Source: a bacterium (GTDB lineage Bacteria > Oederibacteriota > PGYV01 > Palsa-1178). From it: 59,345 nucleotides of DNA. The notes below the pieces were generated by a model that saw only the letters and a list, made by a program, of their open reading frames with translations, did not search any database and had not been told where the DNA came from. Below are positions 1-10,969 of this stretch, piece after piece (the first letter of the stretch is position 1; every line of letters starts with the position of its first letter). The position numbers were made by a program, and so were the translations under genes. The stretch lies in NCBI GenBank assembly GCA_037138355.1, contig JBAXIL010000006.1, forward strand, positions 1 through 59,345. Reading direction: 5' to 3'.

Positions 1-1036
1 ATATATTAGCTGGTTTTTTTAAGTTTTTAATCATAAACAAAAACCCTATAACACCATATACTGGAAAAACACGAATATGTGCCCATACAATCAAAGCCAT
101 CACCAATGAAAATATCACGACTTTTTCTGGCTTATACCTATACAAAATATATGACACAAGTAATAATACCGATACAAACATTTCTGTACTTACCAGATTT
201 ATGAATGACAAAATTGGTAAGGTAAAACCTGTAAGCAAAGCAGCCAATAAAGAACTAAAATAATCATTATTGGTTTTGTAACATAAATAGAAAATAAGTG
301 CTACAAAAGCCGCACTAAAAATATTCATTATTAGAGTCACACCCAACATACCGCCTATAAAATAAAAAGGAGCTATTATAAGAGATAATAATAAAGGATG
401 ATACGAATATATCTTTCCGTTTTTAATTATATCCATTCCTTGGGGCTGCAATTCTCTATCATAAAACGCTCTATAATCTTTATTTTCAAAATTATTTTTC
501 AAATCTATATCCTTATCATGTACCATGCTGTGTGCAACCATTAAATATGCAGTTTCATCACCTGTTGGTTTATTTGCATATATAAACCACAAAGATATAA
601 AAAAATAAAAAATCAGCATAAAAGAAAAAACATAAAATACCATATTTCTTGTACTTGTCTTTTCAACTATTCGACTATTTTTTATTTTAAACATAAAATA
701 AAAAGCTAATAAAAAAATGAAAATAACATAAACAGCGCCAAGCAAAACTTCAAGTTTTCTTAAAATAAAATTATGTGGATCAGGAAAATTTAAACGAATA
801 AACCAAGGCGCACAACTGATAATGATAAAAACATAAAGCATATTTGATATATTTTTAAAACTTTGCATAAACTTTTCTTTTTTTACCTGGTTTAAAACAA
901 AAGTCGTTACGAATAATAATAAATATACTATTATCGGAATTAGATATACTGGATATATGAGAGCTAAATTTTCTTTAAGATAAACAAATAAATAAATTAC
1001 ATATGAAATTATAAATGTTATATGAGGTAGTATCAT
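1..1036 (-). CDS. GT-C-fold multi-pass membrane glycosyltransferase, 3'-truncated by the window edge; paralog of 30979..32841
   Basis: Not in the ORF track. ATG at 1036 overlaps the upstream TGA (ATGA). Manual translation is open in the segments checked and gives MILPHITF...YANKPTGDETAYLMVAHSMVHDKDIDLKNNF...LVSTEMF...WAHIR, matching PPTGDEPHYLIVAQSIAADFDFNLENNY...LILTEIP...WLHVK of the 620-aa ORF. Confidence 0.75.
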   Translation of the reverse strand, partial: MILPHITFIISYVIYLFVYLKENLALIYPVYLIPIIVYLLLFVTTFVLNQVKKEKFMQSFKNISNMLYVFIIISCAPWFIRLNFPDPHNFILRKLEVLLGAVYVIFIFLLAFYFMFKIKNSRIVEKTSTRNMVFYVFSFMLIFYFFISLWFIYANKPTGDETAYLMVAHSMVHDKDIDLKNNFENKDYRAFYDRELQPQGMDIIKNGKIYSYHPLLLSLIIAPFYFIGGMLGVTLIMNIFSAAFVALIFYLCYKTNNDYFSSLLAALLTGFTLPILSFINLVSTEMFVSVLLLVSYILYRYKPEKVVIFSLVMALIVWAHIRVFPVYGVIGFLFMIKNLKKPANI

Positions 1037-2571
1037 TTTTTTATCAGAAGCGATAAAACGGCTCCCTGTACCGATAAATCCTTAATAGTATAAAGATTAT
1101 TTGTCCATGTTTCATCCATTGTTTTACTCTCAGATTCCCTTTTAGCAGTTTTTATCAGCCATACTCTTGTTCCAGGAATAATTATAGTTTTTAATTCCTT
1201 TGCTGTTTCTATATTTAAATCATATCCTGCATATATATCCATTCCAACTTTTTCACTCAGAAATAATTTTATTTTTCTCCATTTATCTCTGACTTTTACA
1301 TTTCCCTTAAACTCAGGAATAACGCCAGCTAATTTGTCAGGATAATTCCTTTTATACACAAATTTATTGTAAAATTCAAATGGCCCGTAAGAATCCGCTT
1401 TTGTGTGTATTATGATATCTCCTTCCTTAAAATTGTGCACTACCTCCATATATAAGGTTTTATAATCCACTGCCTGCCATTTTTGGTCACCAAAATAACT
1501 ATATATAGAAACCGAAAAGAAAATTATGGTGACGACTGTAAAAAGAACCATACCTTCTCTTGATAAATGAGAAATGCCTATGGAAAGGACAATTATTAAC
1601 ATTGTTCCTGCAATCAGTAGTTCTGAATCTAAATATTGAGATTTATTAAACAATGCGGTCAACCAAGTAATAATAACCATTGAAAATAATATAAGACTCA
1701 TAATATCCGTCATTCTTTTTTCTTTAATGGTCCTGCATGTTATAACTCCTATTAAAATAAAAAGTGCCGCTGCTACAATTACAACTATAGTTAGTAAGTT
1801 TACATCCAGAGTATAACCTAATAGCATATTTTTAAGAGATAATAGTGGTGCTAAGATTATATTATTTCCCAAATGAGCGGGTATCAGCATATTTCCTTTT
1901 ATAAAACAAATAATAAGAGGCAACCAAGCAAGTAGTATAAATATTTGAGCTCTAAGCCATAGATTTATCCTTATTTCCTCCTTATATCTAATGAATAATA
2001 TGATATTGAGAATTAATAGTAATAGTATGCTCATATGTCCACTATATAGTGAAGCAATGGCCCAAAATATGAATGGACCTATTACAAAGCTGTTATACTT
2101 GACAGAGAGCATGAAATAATAAACCATGAGAAGTGAAGTCATAAGAAGCAATGTATTAGCACCTGAAAACTGCGAAAAGTAAATCTGAAATGGACTGAGT
2201 GCAAACAAAGATGTAGCAATCACGCTTACCTTTTCAGAGTAAAAACTTCTTGTAAGTTTATGAACTATTAAGACACTTATAATGCCAAATATGGCTGGAA
2301 GTAACCTTACAGATACTTCAGAGAACCCAAAAATCATTGTCCAGATATAAGTTATAAGATAGTAAAGTGGGGCCTGGTTATTATTTGCGGCATTACTTAA
2401 AATAATTTCAATCAGGTTTTTACCTGAAGCAAAATTAATATTACTATACTCTGCCGCAGTTATGGAATGTCCACCTAACTGAAATAATCGCAGAATAATC
2501 CCTATCAACATGCAGGCATAAAGTATTACATTTGCCTTATTTTTTATTTCCGGTAATCTTAACTTTTTCAT
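1033..2571 (-). CDS. GT-C (ArnT/PMT-like) membrane glycosyltransferase-like protein with degenerate acidic motif
   Basis: Many TM helices; APLYY...FGFSEVSVRLLPAIFG and LSPFQIYFSQ signatures; the usual SLWxDE is SITAAE. Confidence 0.7.
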   Translation of the reverse strand: MKKLRLPEIKNKANVILYACMLIGIILRLFQLGGHSITAAEYSNINFASGKNLIEIILSNAANNNQAPLYYLITYIWTMIFGFSEVSVRLLPAIFGIISVLIVHKLTRSFYSEKVSVIATSLFALSPFQIYFSQFSGANTLLLMTSLLMVYYFMLSVKYNSFVIGPFIFWAIASLYSGHMSILLLLILNIILFIRYKEEIRINLWLRAQIFILLAWLPLIICFIKGNMLIPAHLGNNIILAPLLSLKNMLLGYTLDVNLLTIVVIVAAALFILIGVITCRTIKEKRMTDIMSLILFSMVIITWLTALFNKSQYLDSELLIAGTMLIIVLSIGISHLSREGMVLFTVVTIIFFSVSIYSYFGDQKWQAVDYKTLYMEVVHNFKEGDIIIHTKADSYGPFEFYNKFVYKRNYPDKLAGVIPEFKGNVKVRDKWRKIKLFLSEKVGMDIYAGYDLNIETAKELKTIIIPGTRVWLIKTAKRESESKTMDETWTNNLYTIKDLSVQGAVLSLLIKK

Positions 2572-3694
2572 ATATTTTCAATGTCTCCTGTGCGGTTTCT
2601 TTCCATGAGAATTTTTCTGCTTGTTTAAAACCTTTTTCTATAAGTGACTCTCGTTTTGCAGTGCTCTTTTCAACTTCCAATAAACCATGTACTATATCCT
2701 CCACTGCATAAGGATCTATAAACTGCGCTGCCTCCCCTGCTACTTCAACAAGTGAAGTGTTATTAGAAGTAACAACTGGCAAGCCGCAGGAAAAAGCTTC
2801 AAGTATCTGCAGTCCAAAGCCCTCCCACATAGAAGGAAACAAAAATATAAAAGCCGCATTATAAAGCATTATCATATCCTCTTCTGCTGCGTACTCAGTT
2901 ATAATAACACTTTTTTCTAAATTCAGTTCTTTGATTTTTTCAGCAATATTTGTTGTAGCCATTTCTTCTTTGCCTATGGATGTTATCACAAGCTGATATT
3001 TAAATTCTGTTATATGATTGAAAATATTAAAAGCTTCTATGGAGCGTATGGTATTTTTTCTCTTATCAGAGGCGGCACTCATAAGAACAAAAGGTTTTGT
3101 TATTGCATATTTTGTCCTCACTGCATCAAGTTTTTTCTCATCTTTAATCACACGATATTTTTTGTCAGCGGCTTCTTTAATAACTGTAATTTTTTCAGAC
3201 TTCACATGGACATTTTTCATAATGTCTGTTTTAGAATAATCAGAAACCGTTATTATATGGTCGGCTGCCCTTCCAGATAAAGGTATAGATAATTTATTAT
3301 ATATATCTATAAATCTTTGCTTTAAAGTAGGTTTTGCAATAGCTTTCTCGAGCGGTCTAATAAACATAGTGTCATGTATTGTAACTACCTTTTTGCCTCT
3401 AAAAAAAGGATACAAATAAGGTAGTGTATTATCTGTGCCATGTAAAACATCTACTTTATCTTCGGCCGCCTGAGCAGGTAATAAAAGCTGTTCATAGAAA
3501 AGAGCATTGTCTGTATTTAACCTTTTGAACCTACAATTTTTTTTATCTATATATTCAATAAGGGTAGAACGCCTATCAAGATAAACAATATATTGGTTCA
3601 CTTTATCTATTTCCAGCAGGTTCTTAACAAGATTTTCTATATATCTCCCTACTCCACGCTTAAAAATTATCCTTCCATCTATGCCTATTATCAT
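2537..3694 (-). CDS. Glycosyltransferase family 4
   Basis: IGIDGR...GVGRY N-terminus, VVTIHD, FPSMWEGFGLQILEAFSCGLPVV motif. Confidence 0.9.
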   Translation of the reverse strand: MIIGIDGRIIFKRGVGRYIENLVKNLLEIDKVNQYIVYLDRRSTLIEYIDKKNCRFKRLNTDNALFYEQLLLPAQAAEDKVDVLHGTDNTLPYLYPFFRGKKVVTIHDTMFIRPLEKAIAKPTLKQRFIDIYNKLSIPLSGRAADHIITVSDYSKTDIMKNVHVKSEKITVIKEAADKKYRVIKDEKKLDAVRTKYAITKPFVLMSAASDKRKNTIRSIEAFNIFNHITEFKYQLVITSIGKEEMATTNIAEKIKELNLEKSVIITEYAAEEDMIMLYNAAFIFLFPSMWEGFGLQILEAFSCGLPVVTSNNTSLVEVAGEAAQFIDPYAVEDIVHGLLEVEKSTAKRESLIEKGFKQAEKFSWKETAQETLKIYEKVKITGNKK

Positions 3695-4488
3695 TCCTCA
3701 TCTCTCTCGGTTGAAATTTTTCTTCCTGTTAAAATGAATCCTCCGCCTTTTCCTGGCAATATTAACGACATAAAATAATCAATTATATCAAGTTTTAAGA
3801 ATATCAGCTTGTCCGGCAACTTTCCCACAAAGTTTTCAATTGCTTTTGTCATTTTCAAATAATTAATTGAATAGTTGTTTTCAACTTTAAATCCAGCTTT
3901 TTCCATAAGTAGCTTAACTTCCAATGTGTTGAAATTGTTTAGATGGTCCTTATGTTCTGCTTCAAGTTTTTTCGCATAGTCTTTAAATATTAATTTATAA
4001 AAAGCGTCTTTATTTGTTAGGGATATTATCAATATGCCATTTTCCTTAAGTGCCATATACGCGTTTTTAATAACTAATTCGGGGTCATAAGTATGATCTA
4101 AGACTTCTTTTAGGAGACATACTTCATATTCATCCACATAAGAAATTTCTTCACCACAACCTCTTTTAAGTTCAAAGCTATCGGCTTTGAGTTCATTTTT
4201 TAACATTTGTTGTGAGGGTTCTATACCAGTATATTTTTTTAACATAGATTGTACTTCTTTATAATATTCCCCACGACCAGCACCAATATCTAACAGGTTT
4301 ATATATTCATTTCTTTCAGTAACTTCTTTTTCTATTATTTTTGTTATTTTAAGTGTTAACCTTTTCCACTTTTTCTTCATAAGTTGAGTTGCTTCTATAT
4401 TTAGAAACTCAGTGTCGTCCCACTGTAGTTGTGTAGCTTCCCATTCTTTGTGTTTTAAGCTTTTAATATCATTTTGCTGATTTTCCAT
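3691..4488 (-). CDS. Class I SAM-dependent methyltransferase
   Basis: LLDIGAGRG motif I, GIEPS, VLDH..DPE, LKENGILII. Start moved to ATG 4488, which follows GGAG. Confidence 0.85.
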   Translation of the reverse strand: MENQQNDIKSLKHKEWEATQLQWDDTEFLNIEATQLMKKKWKRLTLKITKIIEKEVTERNEYINLLDIGAGRGEYYKEVQSMLKKYTGIEPSQQMLKNELKADSFELKRGCGEEISYVDEYEVCLLKEVLDHTYDPELVIKNAYMALKENGILIISLTNKDAFYKLIFKDYAKKLEAEHKDHLNNFNTLEVKLLMEKAGFKVENNYSINYLKMTKAIENFVGKLPDKLIFLKLDIIDYFMSLILPGKGGGFILTGRKISTERDEE

Positions 4489-4549
4489 TAAACACTCCAC
4501 AATTTTTGCACAAAAATTTTACATAAATTATTTTAACAAAAAAAAGCAC

Positions 4550-5638
4550 TTATTTATAGTTATTAATACCTTCTATATTTTCATTTTCTTTTATTTTATA
4601 TTTAATAAGCTTTTGCTCCTGTTTTCCTTTCATTATCTGCAGGGCTTTATTAGCAACAAAATCTACAGGTATATCCAAACATTCTCTTTTCATATTACAT
4701 TTTACAAGACCACATGGAGAGCACCTGGTATATTTTTCTATTATATATGATTTATCACCATATGCGCCCCATTCTTGATGGCGAGCTGTTCCCGAAAATA
4801 AAGTCAATGTTTTAACTCCAAACGCTGCTGCTATATGAACAGCCGCAGAATCATTGCCTATCACTAAAGCCGCATGTTTTATAATGGCTTTAAGTTCTTT
4901 TACTGTAAGCATTCCAACCAAATTTACCACATGCCTACCTCGTAGAGCATTTACACTTTTATCATTTTTATCACCTATTACTATTACCTTTATACCTCGT
5001 GATAAATATTCCGCAAGGGCATTATAATTTTCTATGCCCCAATCTTTTGATAAATGTCCTGAGACAGGATGAATTATTATATATTTAGTTATGTTACCTT
5101 TTTTTAGTAAAGCACTTATGTTTTCCTCAGAAGCAATGTCTGTTTTTAAAAAAGGTTTTTCTGGGTATTTTTCATTTGTTATCGTCTTTAGCATAAGCAT
5201 GTTTTTTGCTGCCACATGCATTGCCATGGGCGGTTGTTTTACAATATTAGTAATTGAAAAACCCATGCCTCCTGTGTCATACCCATATTTTTGTTTTGCA
5301 TTTGAAAGTGATAAAATCAAAGAAGTGAGCCTGTCCTGCCAACGCATTCCTATTACTATGTCATATTTTCCTTTATTTATCTTCCCTAACAGCATTAAAG
5401 CCGATAACCATCTTATAAAAAACGGCTGTGACTTATACTTTAACCATTGTGCATTAAACACCTTAACTTCATCAAAACATTTAAGTTCACTAAGTACTTG
5501 TGCCCCTCCAGGACTTAAGTAAGCAGTAATTTGGGCATCCTTAAAATGTTTTCTAAGCCCTAAAAAAAAAGAAGATGCGAGTGCCGCATCTCCTATGCCG
5601 TCAGCTTTAATAACAGCAATTTTTATTTTGTTTTCCAT
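4550..5638 (-). CDS. Glycosyltransferase family 9 (LPS heptosyltransferase-like)
   Basis: DGIGDA, IIIHP...KDW, IGNDSAAVHIAAAFGVKTLTLF, CSPC..C motifs. ATG 5638 follows GAGGG. Confidence 0.88.
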   Translation of the reverse strand: MENKIKIAVIKADGIGDAALASSFFLGLRKHFKDAQITAYLSPGGAQVLSELKCFDEVKVFNAQWLKYKSQPFFIRWLSALMLLGKINKGKYDIVIGMRWQDRLTSLILSLSNAKQKYGYDTGGMGFSITNIVKQPPMAMHVAAKNMLMLKTITNEKYPEKPFLKTDIASEENISALLKKGNITKYIIIHPVSGHLSKDWGIENYNALAEYLSRGIKVIVIGDKNDKSVNALRGRHVVNLVGMLTVKELKAIIKHAALVIGNDSAAVHIAAAFGVKTLTLFSGTARHQEWGAYGDKSYIIEKYTRCSPCGLVKCNMKRECLDIPVDFVANKALQIMKGKQEQKLIKYKIKENENIEGINNYK

Positions 5639-5710
5639 ATTTTTTCCCTCAACCGCTTTACAGCGGTCCAATTACAAACCATTTTTACTTTCATTTTGGT
5701 TTTGAAAAAT

Positions 5711-7453
5711 TTAATCCAAAAAGCCTTTTAAATTTTTAGCTCTGGCAGGGTGTCTTAATTTACGCAATGCCTTCGCTTCAATCTGCCTTACGCGTTCTCT
5801 TGTAACTTTAAATATCTTTCCTACTTCTTCAAGTGTGTGCGGTACACCATCACCTACTCCGAATCTCAAACGCAATACCTCTGCTTCTCTTTCTTTTAAA
5901 GTATGCAATACTTTTTCTATCTGTTCTTTTAAAAGCACATTGACCGCCGCCGAGGCCGGTGATATAGCATCTTTATCTTCAATAAAATCACCCAAATGTG
6001 AATCTTTCTCTTCGCCTATAGGTGTTTCAAGAGATATAGGATGCTGTGAAATTTTTAGTACTGACCTGACTTTATCAGCAGAAGTACCCATTTTTTTTGC
6101 TATTTCTTCAGGTTTTGGTTCGCGTCCAAACTGCTGAACAAAAATCCTCGCAACTTTATTTAATTTATTTATCGTTTCTATCATGTGCACAGGTATTCTG
6201 ATAGTCCTTGCCTGATCCGCAATAGCGCGAGTTATGGCCTGTCTTATCCACCAAGTAGCATATGTTGAAAATTTGTATCCTCTTTTGTATTCAAATCTTT
6301 CTACGGCTCTCATTAAGCCTATATTGCCTTCCTGTATCAAATCTAAAAACGAAAGCCCCTTGTTTATATATTTCTTTGCAATACTGACAACGAGCCTTAG
6401 ATTAGCCACTACAAGTTCTTTTCTTGTTTTTCTTGCTTCAAACATATTTTTTCTTATTGAGTGTGCCAATCCTTTTAATTCTTCATATTTCATTCCTATC
6501 TCTATCTCTTCCTTGTGAATCAAGCTTGTTATTTCATTTATTTTCAATGCCACATCTTTCAAATCAAAAGCTTTTATCTTTCTTTTTTTGATAACCGCCG
6601 TTAGTGCTTTTTTGTTTTTCAAAAGTATTTTTAAATCAACCGCTTTTAAGCCAAAAAGTTTTTCTATGCCCTGTAATTCTTTTTCATCCTTTGTTATTTT
6701 AGCAACAACATTGATTATTTTTTTCGCCAAAAGACTAATCTGTTCATTGTTCAGTTTTAACATATGCAATTGATCGCGTTTTTTCTTTTTATACTTTTCA
6801 AGTATTTTTTTATACTTTTCTTTTTGTTTCGGCTTTAGAGATTTTTTCGTGAGTTTTTCAAGCATCTTATCTACTTCTTTTTGTGATTTTTCAGCAGATC
6901 GTATATACTTATCAAATCTTTCTTTAAGGCGTTCTTCTACTGATGGAGGTATTTCACCTTCTAACTTGGTCTTTATTATGTCAGTAATCTTAACGCTTCC
7001 GTTTTTTAGTTCATCATTTATTTTTTCCATTTCATCAAAACCAAGCTTGGTATCAAAAATAGAATCTTTCATATTTATTTCAGCTGTTTCAATTTTCTTT
7101 GCTATTCTCACTTCGTCTTCGCGCTTTTCTAAAAGTGGTACTTTTCCCATTTCGTGTAGGTACATTTGTACCGGATCAGAAGAAAATCCTTCTGCATCCA
7201 AGAAGTCGACTTCTTCGGCTGCTTTTTCTGCATTCTTTCCTGAGAGTATCTTGTCTATCTTTCCTTCTTCTCTTATTTCTATATCCATTTCATCCATAAT
7301 GTTTAACATATCATCTATGTCTTCTACGGATGTAAAATCTGCCGGAAGCGAGTCGTTTAACTCTTCATAAGTTAAAAAACCCTTTTCTTTTCCTTTTTTT
7401 ATCAGTTCCTGCACTTCAGGAAGATTCTTTAGATTCTTGTTCAAATTCGGCAC
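5711..7453 (-). CDS. rpoD: RNA polymerase primary sigma factor with non-conserved-region insertion
   Basis: Region 1.1, [59 protein letters not shown]. True start may be TTG at 7444. Confidence 0.98.
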   Translation of the reverse strand: MPNLNKNLKNLPEVQELIKKGKEKGFLTYEELNDSLPADFTSVEDIDDMLNIMDEMDIEIREEGKIDKILSGKNAEKAAEEVDFLDAEGFSSDPVQMYLHEMGKVPLLEKREDEVRIAKKIETAEINMKDSIFDTKLGFDEMEKINDELKNGSVKITDIIKTKLEGEIPPSVEERLKERFDKYIRSAEKSQKEVDKMLEKLTKKSLKPKQKEKYKKILEKYKKKKRDQLHMLKLNNEQISLLAKKIINVVAKITKDEKELQGIEKLFGLKAVDLKILLKNKKALTAVIKKRKIKAFDLKDVALKINEITSLIHKEEIEIGMKYEELKGLAHSIRKNMFEARKTRKELVVANLRLVVSIAKKYINKGLSFLDLIQEGNIGLMRAVERFEYKRGYKFSTYATWWIRQAITRAIADQARTIRIPVHMIETINKLNKVARIFVQQFGREPKPEEIAKKMGTSADKVRSVLKISQHPISLETPIGEEKDSHLGDFIEDKDAISPASAAVNVLLKEQIEKVLHTLKEREAEVLRLRFGVGDGVPHTLEEVGKIFKVTRERVRQIEAKALRKLRHPARAKNLKGFLD

Positions 7454-7515
7454 CTCTTCGTTTGTTATTTTTGCGTTACTTCAGCTGATTAAGCTTCCAG
7501 TTGATAGCATCCGCT

Positions 7516-9330
7516 TTAATCATTTATCTGTTGCATTATCTTTTGCAATTTTTCTTTTTGGTTTAATAGGTCCTTTATTAGTTCCGTATTTTTTTCAGCT
7601 TCTGCCAGACTTATCTTCTGTTTTATGTCTTCTATTTCCAATGCTGTTTTTTCTTTTTGTATTCTTGTTACATAATCATTTATTTCCTGCATTATATCCG
7701 AAGTATGCACTTTCTTTTTTGCTACTCCTTCTACCTGCTTTTGTACAAGCAGTTCTGAAATAATTCTATTCATTTCTTCATTATCTACATAATCCATTTC
7801 AACTCGCTTTAAAATGTTCTTTTCACCTTGCTTAAAATATGTCTTTATCTTTACTATTATTTCAGCATAGACAGTATTTTTGAAATCCTCATATTTTAAA
7901 CCCTGGATTTCCCTGCGTTCCTGTATATGCTTTAAAATTAAGGCTTCATTTTCTGTGCCAAGTGCATTTAAAGCCATGGCTGCTATCATTTTTTCAGCAG
8001 CATCAGCACCTTTATTCTTTAAAGCCAAATTATCATCAAAATCATGACCTGGATCAGTTGTCGTCAATAAAGAATTTTTAACTTTAAAATACCTTGATGC
8101 CACATCAAGTCCTACATACAATTTCTCAGATATTTTTTTTATCGCATTATCTCGTACCATGGGACTGTCTATTTTTTCTATAAGTTCTGCTATTTCCTTT
8201 ATTACTTTTTCTTTAAAATAAGCACTATTTATATCGCCCTGTTTTTTTAAATAATCTATTTTATACTCTATAAATGGCTGTGCTGCTTTTATTTTTTCTC
8301 GGAGTGCATCTACTCCAAACTTTTTTATAAAGTCATCAGGATCTTTTACTTCTTCAAAACTCACTACGGCAACCTCAAGCCCTTCACAGAAAACATTATC
8401 TCCAGCGCGTATAGCACCTGCTTTGCCAGCGTCATCCATATCGTACATTATTACCACTCGCTCTGCATATCTTTTCAAAAGTTTTGCTTGGTCTATAGTT
8501 AAAGCCGTTCCTAAAGTTGCCACAGTATTTTTAATTCCTGCAGCATATACGGTGACACAATCCATGTATCCTTCCACAACTATTATCGTTCCGTCTCCAG
8601 CATTTTTTCTTGCATTATTTAAGTTATATAAGTTCCGACCTTTTATATATACTGCTGTTTCTTTGGAATTAATATATTTTGGCAGTGCCTCATCAAAAAC
8701 TCTGCCTCCAAATCCTATTACATCATTGTAAAGATTAAGTATAGGAAACATAAACCGTTCACGAAACATATCATAAGTGCCGTTTGTACCCTGCCCGGCT
8801 ATCCCGGCTTTTGCCATAATATCTTCACTAATTCCTTTTGATTTTAAATAAGTACTCACGCTTACATCAGAAGGTGCATAACCTATTTTAAAATCTTCTA
8901 CAGTTGAATCATCAATTCCGCGTTCTTTAGCATATGTTTTAGCTTTTTCACTTACTTTAAATTTTTCATGAAAATAATTCATTGTCTCTCTGTTAGCGGT
9001 TAGCAAAGTTTCCTTTTCACTGAAGTTCGGATCAGGGCGTATTTCATCTATTTCAATCCCTGCGCGTTTTGCAAGATGTTTCACTGCTTCTACAAAAGAA
9101 AAATTTTCCATTCTTTGTATAAAAGTGAAAACATTTCCTCCTTCGCCACAACCAAAACACCTGTATATCTGTTTCTCCGGACTTACCACAAACGAAGGAG
9201 TCTTTTCTTGATGAAAAGGACACGGGGCTTTGAAATTAGCACCTGTTCTTTTTAGCGTTAAATAACCGCCTATGACCTCTGCTATATCATTCGCATTTTT
9301 TATCGAATCTATTTTATCAGGCGAAATCAA
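7516..9330 (-). CDS. dnaG: DNA primase
   Basis: CPFHQEKTPSF..CFGC zinc finger, KYINS.ET, VVEGYMD, YDMDDAG TOPRIM, KDPDD. TTG start after AAGGAG. Confidence 0.98.
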   Translation of the reverse strand: MISPDKIDSIKNANDIAEVIGGYLTLKRTGANFKAPCPFHQEKTPSFVVSPEKQIYRCFGCGEGGNVFTFIQRMENFSFVEAVKHLAKRAGIEIDEIRPDPNFSEKETLLTANRETMNYFHEKFKVSEKAKTYAKERGIDDSTVEDFKIGYAPSDVSVSTYLKSKGISEDIMAKAGIAGQGTNGTYDMFRERFMFPILNLYNDVIGFGGRVFDEALPKYINSKETAVYIKGRNLYNLNNARKNAGDGTIIVVEGYMDCVTVYAAGIKNTVATLGTALTIDQAKLLKRYAERVVIMYDMDDAGKAGAIRAGDNVFCEGLEVAVVSFEEVKDPDDFIKKFGVDALREKIKAAQPFIEYKIDYLKKQGDINSAYFKEKVIKEIAELIEKIDSPMVRDNAIKKISEKLYVGLDVASRYFKVKNSLLTTTDPGHDFDDNLALKNKGADAAEKMIAAMALNALGTENEALILKHIQERREIQGLKYEDFKNTVYAEIIVKIKTYFKQGEKNILKRVEMDYVDNEEMNRIISELLVQKQVEGVAKKKVHTSDIMQEINDYVTRIQKEKTALEIEDIKQKISLAEAEKNTELIKDLLNQKEKLQKIMQQIND

Positions 9331-9410
9331 CTAAGAACTCCTTTACTGTGCATTATGCCTATTACTGCCCAGCATACTTTTTCAATCAAACAATACAATA
9401 AAAAATCCTA

Positions 9411-10376
9411 CTACTTTTTTTTATTTCTCTCACAACGCATAAAACCTGAAGCTTCATAAACTTTAAAGGATCCAAGTTTTTTCATCATTTTATCAAGCAT
9501 GACATTAATACCAAGTGAATCAGAGGAAATGTGTCCTGCTATAATGCAATTTAATTGAGCATCCTGTATGGCTTTCTTGTGATCTGCTGAAAAATGCATA
9601 CCTACTATAGTATCTACGCCTTTATCTGCTAATTGTTTATATATTTCATGTGGCCCTTCAGTGCCGCCTGTCATATCCACAAAAACCCTATTAACACGCC
9701 TATTTTTATCACCTGTCAGTATAACTGGCGGTGAACTTTTTTTGGCAAAACCTGTATATTCAGGTTCTTCAAAAAGCATATCCATAATATCCGATACGCG
9801 TTTTGGTTTTTCCTTGTCAAACCTGTCTTGTAAGTGGGTTGCTACACAGTTATCGCAAGGAGTATGCATATTCATCATGGATATGTTTAGAAGTTTTGCC
9901 GCATCTGAAGCACGGTAATGGTTTGCAGGCATAAATCTTTCAGAAACTTCAGTGATTCTCTTGCTCATTAAATTTTCTGCTACAGATATGTTTACTCCAA
10001 ATTTATTGAAGATATCTGACTGCATATTCATTACATCATTAAAGCCTGCTGAACCAAGTCCAGATGGGTGATGTGCTATGATGGCATCTATCTTCATTCC
10101 TTTTTCATTAAGTCTGTCGGCCAAAACAAGTTCACCGACTTCCATGTCAATCCCTACCATAACTGCTTTTATTTCTTTTCCAGAATCATGATTTATACGA
10201 GTGTCCGAATATGGATTAACTAAATTGTCTACATCAAAGAATTTTTTTTCTTTGTCTGTCATGACATCATATTTTTTTTGTTTGTTTTTAAGATAAGTTT
10301 TTACTTCGCTTTCTCCACGCGGATCCATTTCTATGCCTATAGTATAAGCTGCTTTGTACAGGTCTGATATTTTCAT
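9411..10376 (-). CDS. NIF3-like dinuclear metal-centre protein
   Basis: IIAHHP, MHTPCDN, AGHISSDSLG metal-ligand motifs. ATG 10376 follows AAGGAG. Confidence 0.75.
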   Translation of the reverse strand: MKISDLYKAAYTIGIEMDPRGESEVKTYLKNKQKKYDVMTDKEKKFFDVDNLVNPYSDTRINHDSGKEIKAVMVGIDMEVGELVLADRLNEKGMKIDAIIAHHPSGLGSAGFNDVMNMQSDIFNKFGVNISVAENLMSKRITEVSERFMPANHYRASDAAKLLNISMMNMHTPCDNCVATHLQDRFDKEKPKRVSDIMDMLFEEPEYTGFAKKSSPPVILTGDKNRRVNRVFVDMTGGTEGPHEIYKQLADKGVDTIVGMHFSADHKKAIQDAQLNCIIAGHISSDSLGINVMLDKMMKKLGSFKVYEASGFMRCERNKKK

Positions 10377-10518
10377 AAACACTCCTTTAACTTAGGATAT
10401 AAGAACTTGTTCTAAAATTTTATTCCATTATTTACAGTGCAGATTTTTGCCTTTTAATAATTTTGGTTTGATAAAAAATATTTTCGATTAACCGGTTTGG
10501 CCTACAAAGAAGATGCCT

Positions 10519-10968
10519 TTATTTTAGGAATTCACGAACTATAGCATTTATTCTGCCACCGTCCGCCTTTCCTTTTACTTTAGGCATTATGAGTGCCATA
10601 ACTTTTCCGGTTTCTTTAATAGCCGAGGCGCCGCTTTCTTTAACGGCCGCCTCGACTATAATTCTTAATTCGTTTTCTGACAGTTGTGCTGGAAGGTAAG
10701 CCTGTAGTATGGCAAGTTCTTCTTCCTCTTTGCCAACTAAATCTTCCCTATTTCCTTTTTTAAAACTGTCTATGGACTCAACATGTGCTTTAGCAAGAGA
10801 TGCAATTACTCCCATGACTTCGTCATCGCTCAAAATTTCATTATCTTTTTTGGCAACTTCCTTATTCATGACAGCTGTCTTAATCTGCCTAATGCAGTTC
10901 ATTTTGACCTCAGCTTTTGCTTTCATTGCCTCTTTTAAATCACTGTTGAGTTTTTCGAGAAATGTCAT
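10519..10968 (-). CDS. yqeY: GatB/YqeY domain protein
   Basis: DLKEAMKAK..., YLPAQLSE, GKVM..MPKVKGKADG; directly follows rpsU. Confidence 0.93.
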   Translation of the reverse strand: MTFLEKLNSDLKEAMKAKAEVKMNCIRQIKTAVMNKEVAKKDNEILSDDEVMGVIASLAKAHVESIDSFKKGNREDLVGKEEEELAILQAYLPAQLSENELRIIVEAAVKESGASAIKETGKVMALIMPKVKGKADGGRINAIVREFLK

Positions 10969-10969
10969 T

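Noticed and set aside
5562..5570. A9 homopolymer near the 5' end of the GT9 gene as a phase-variation tract
   Set aside because: The frame is intact, and 8-9 nt A/T runs are common throughout this AT-rich window.
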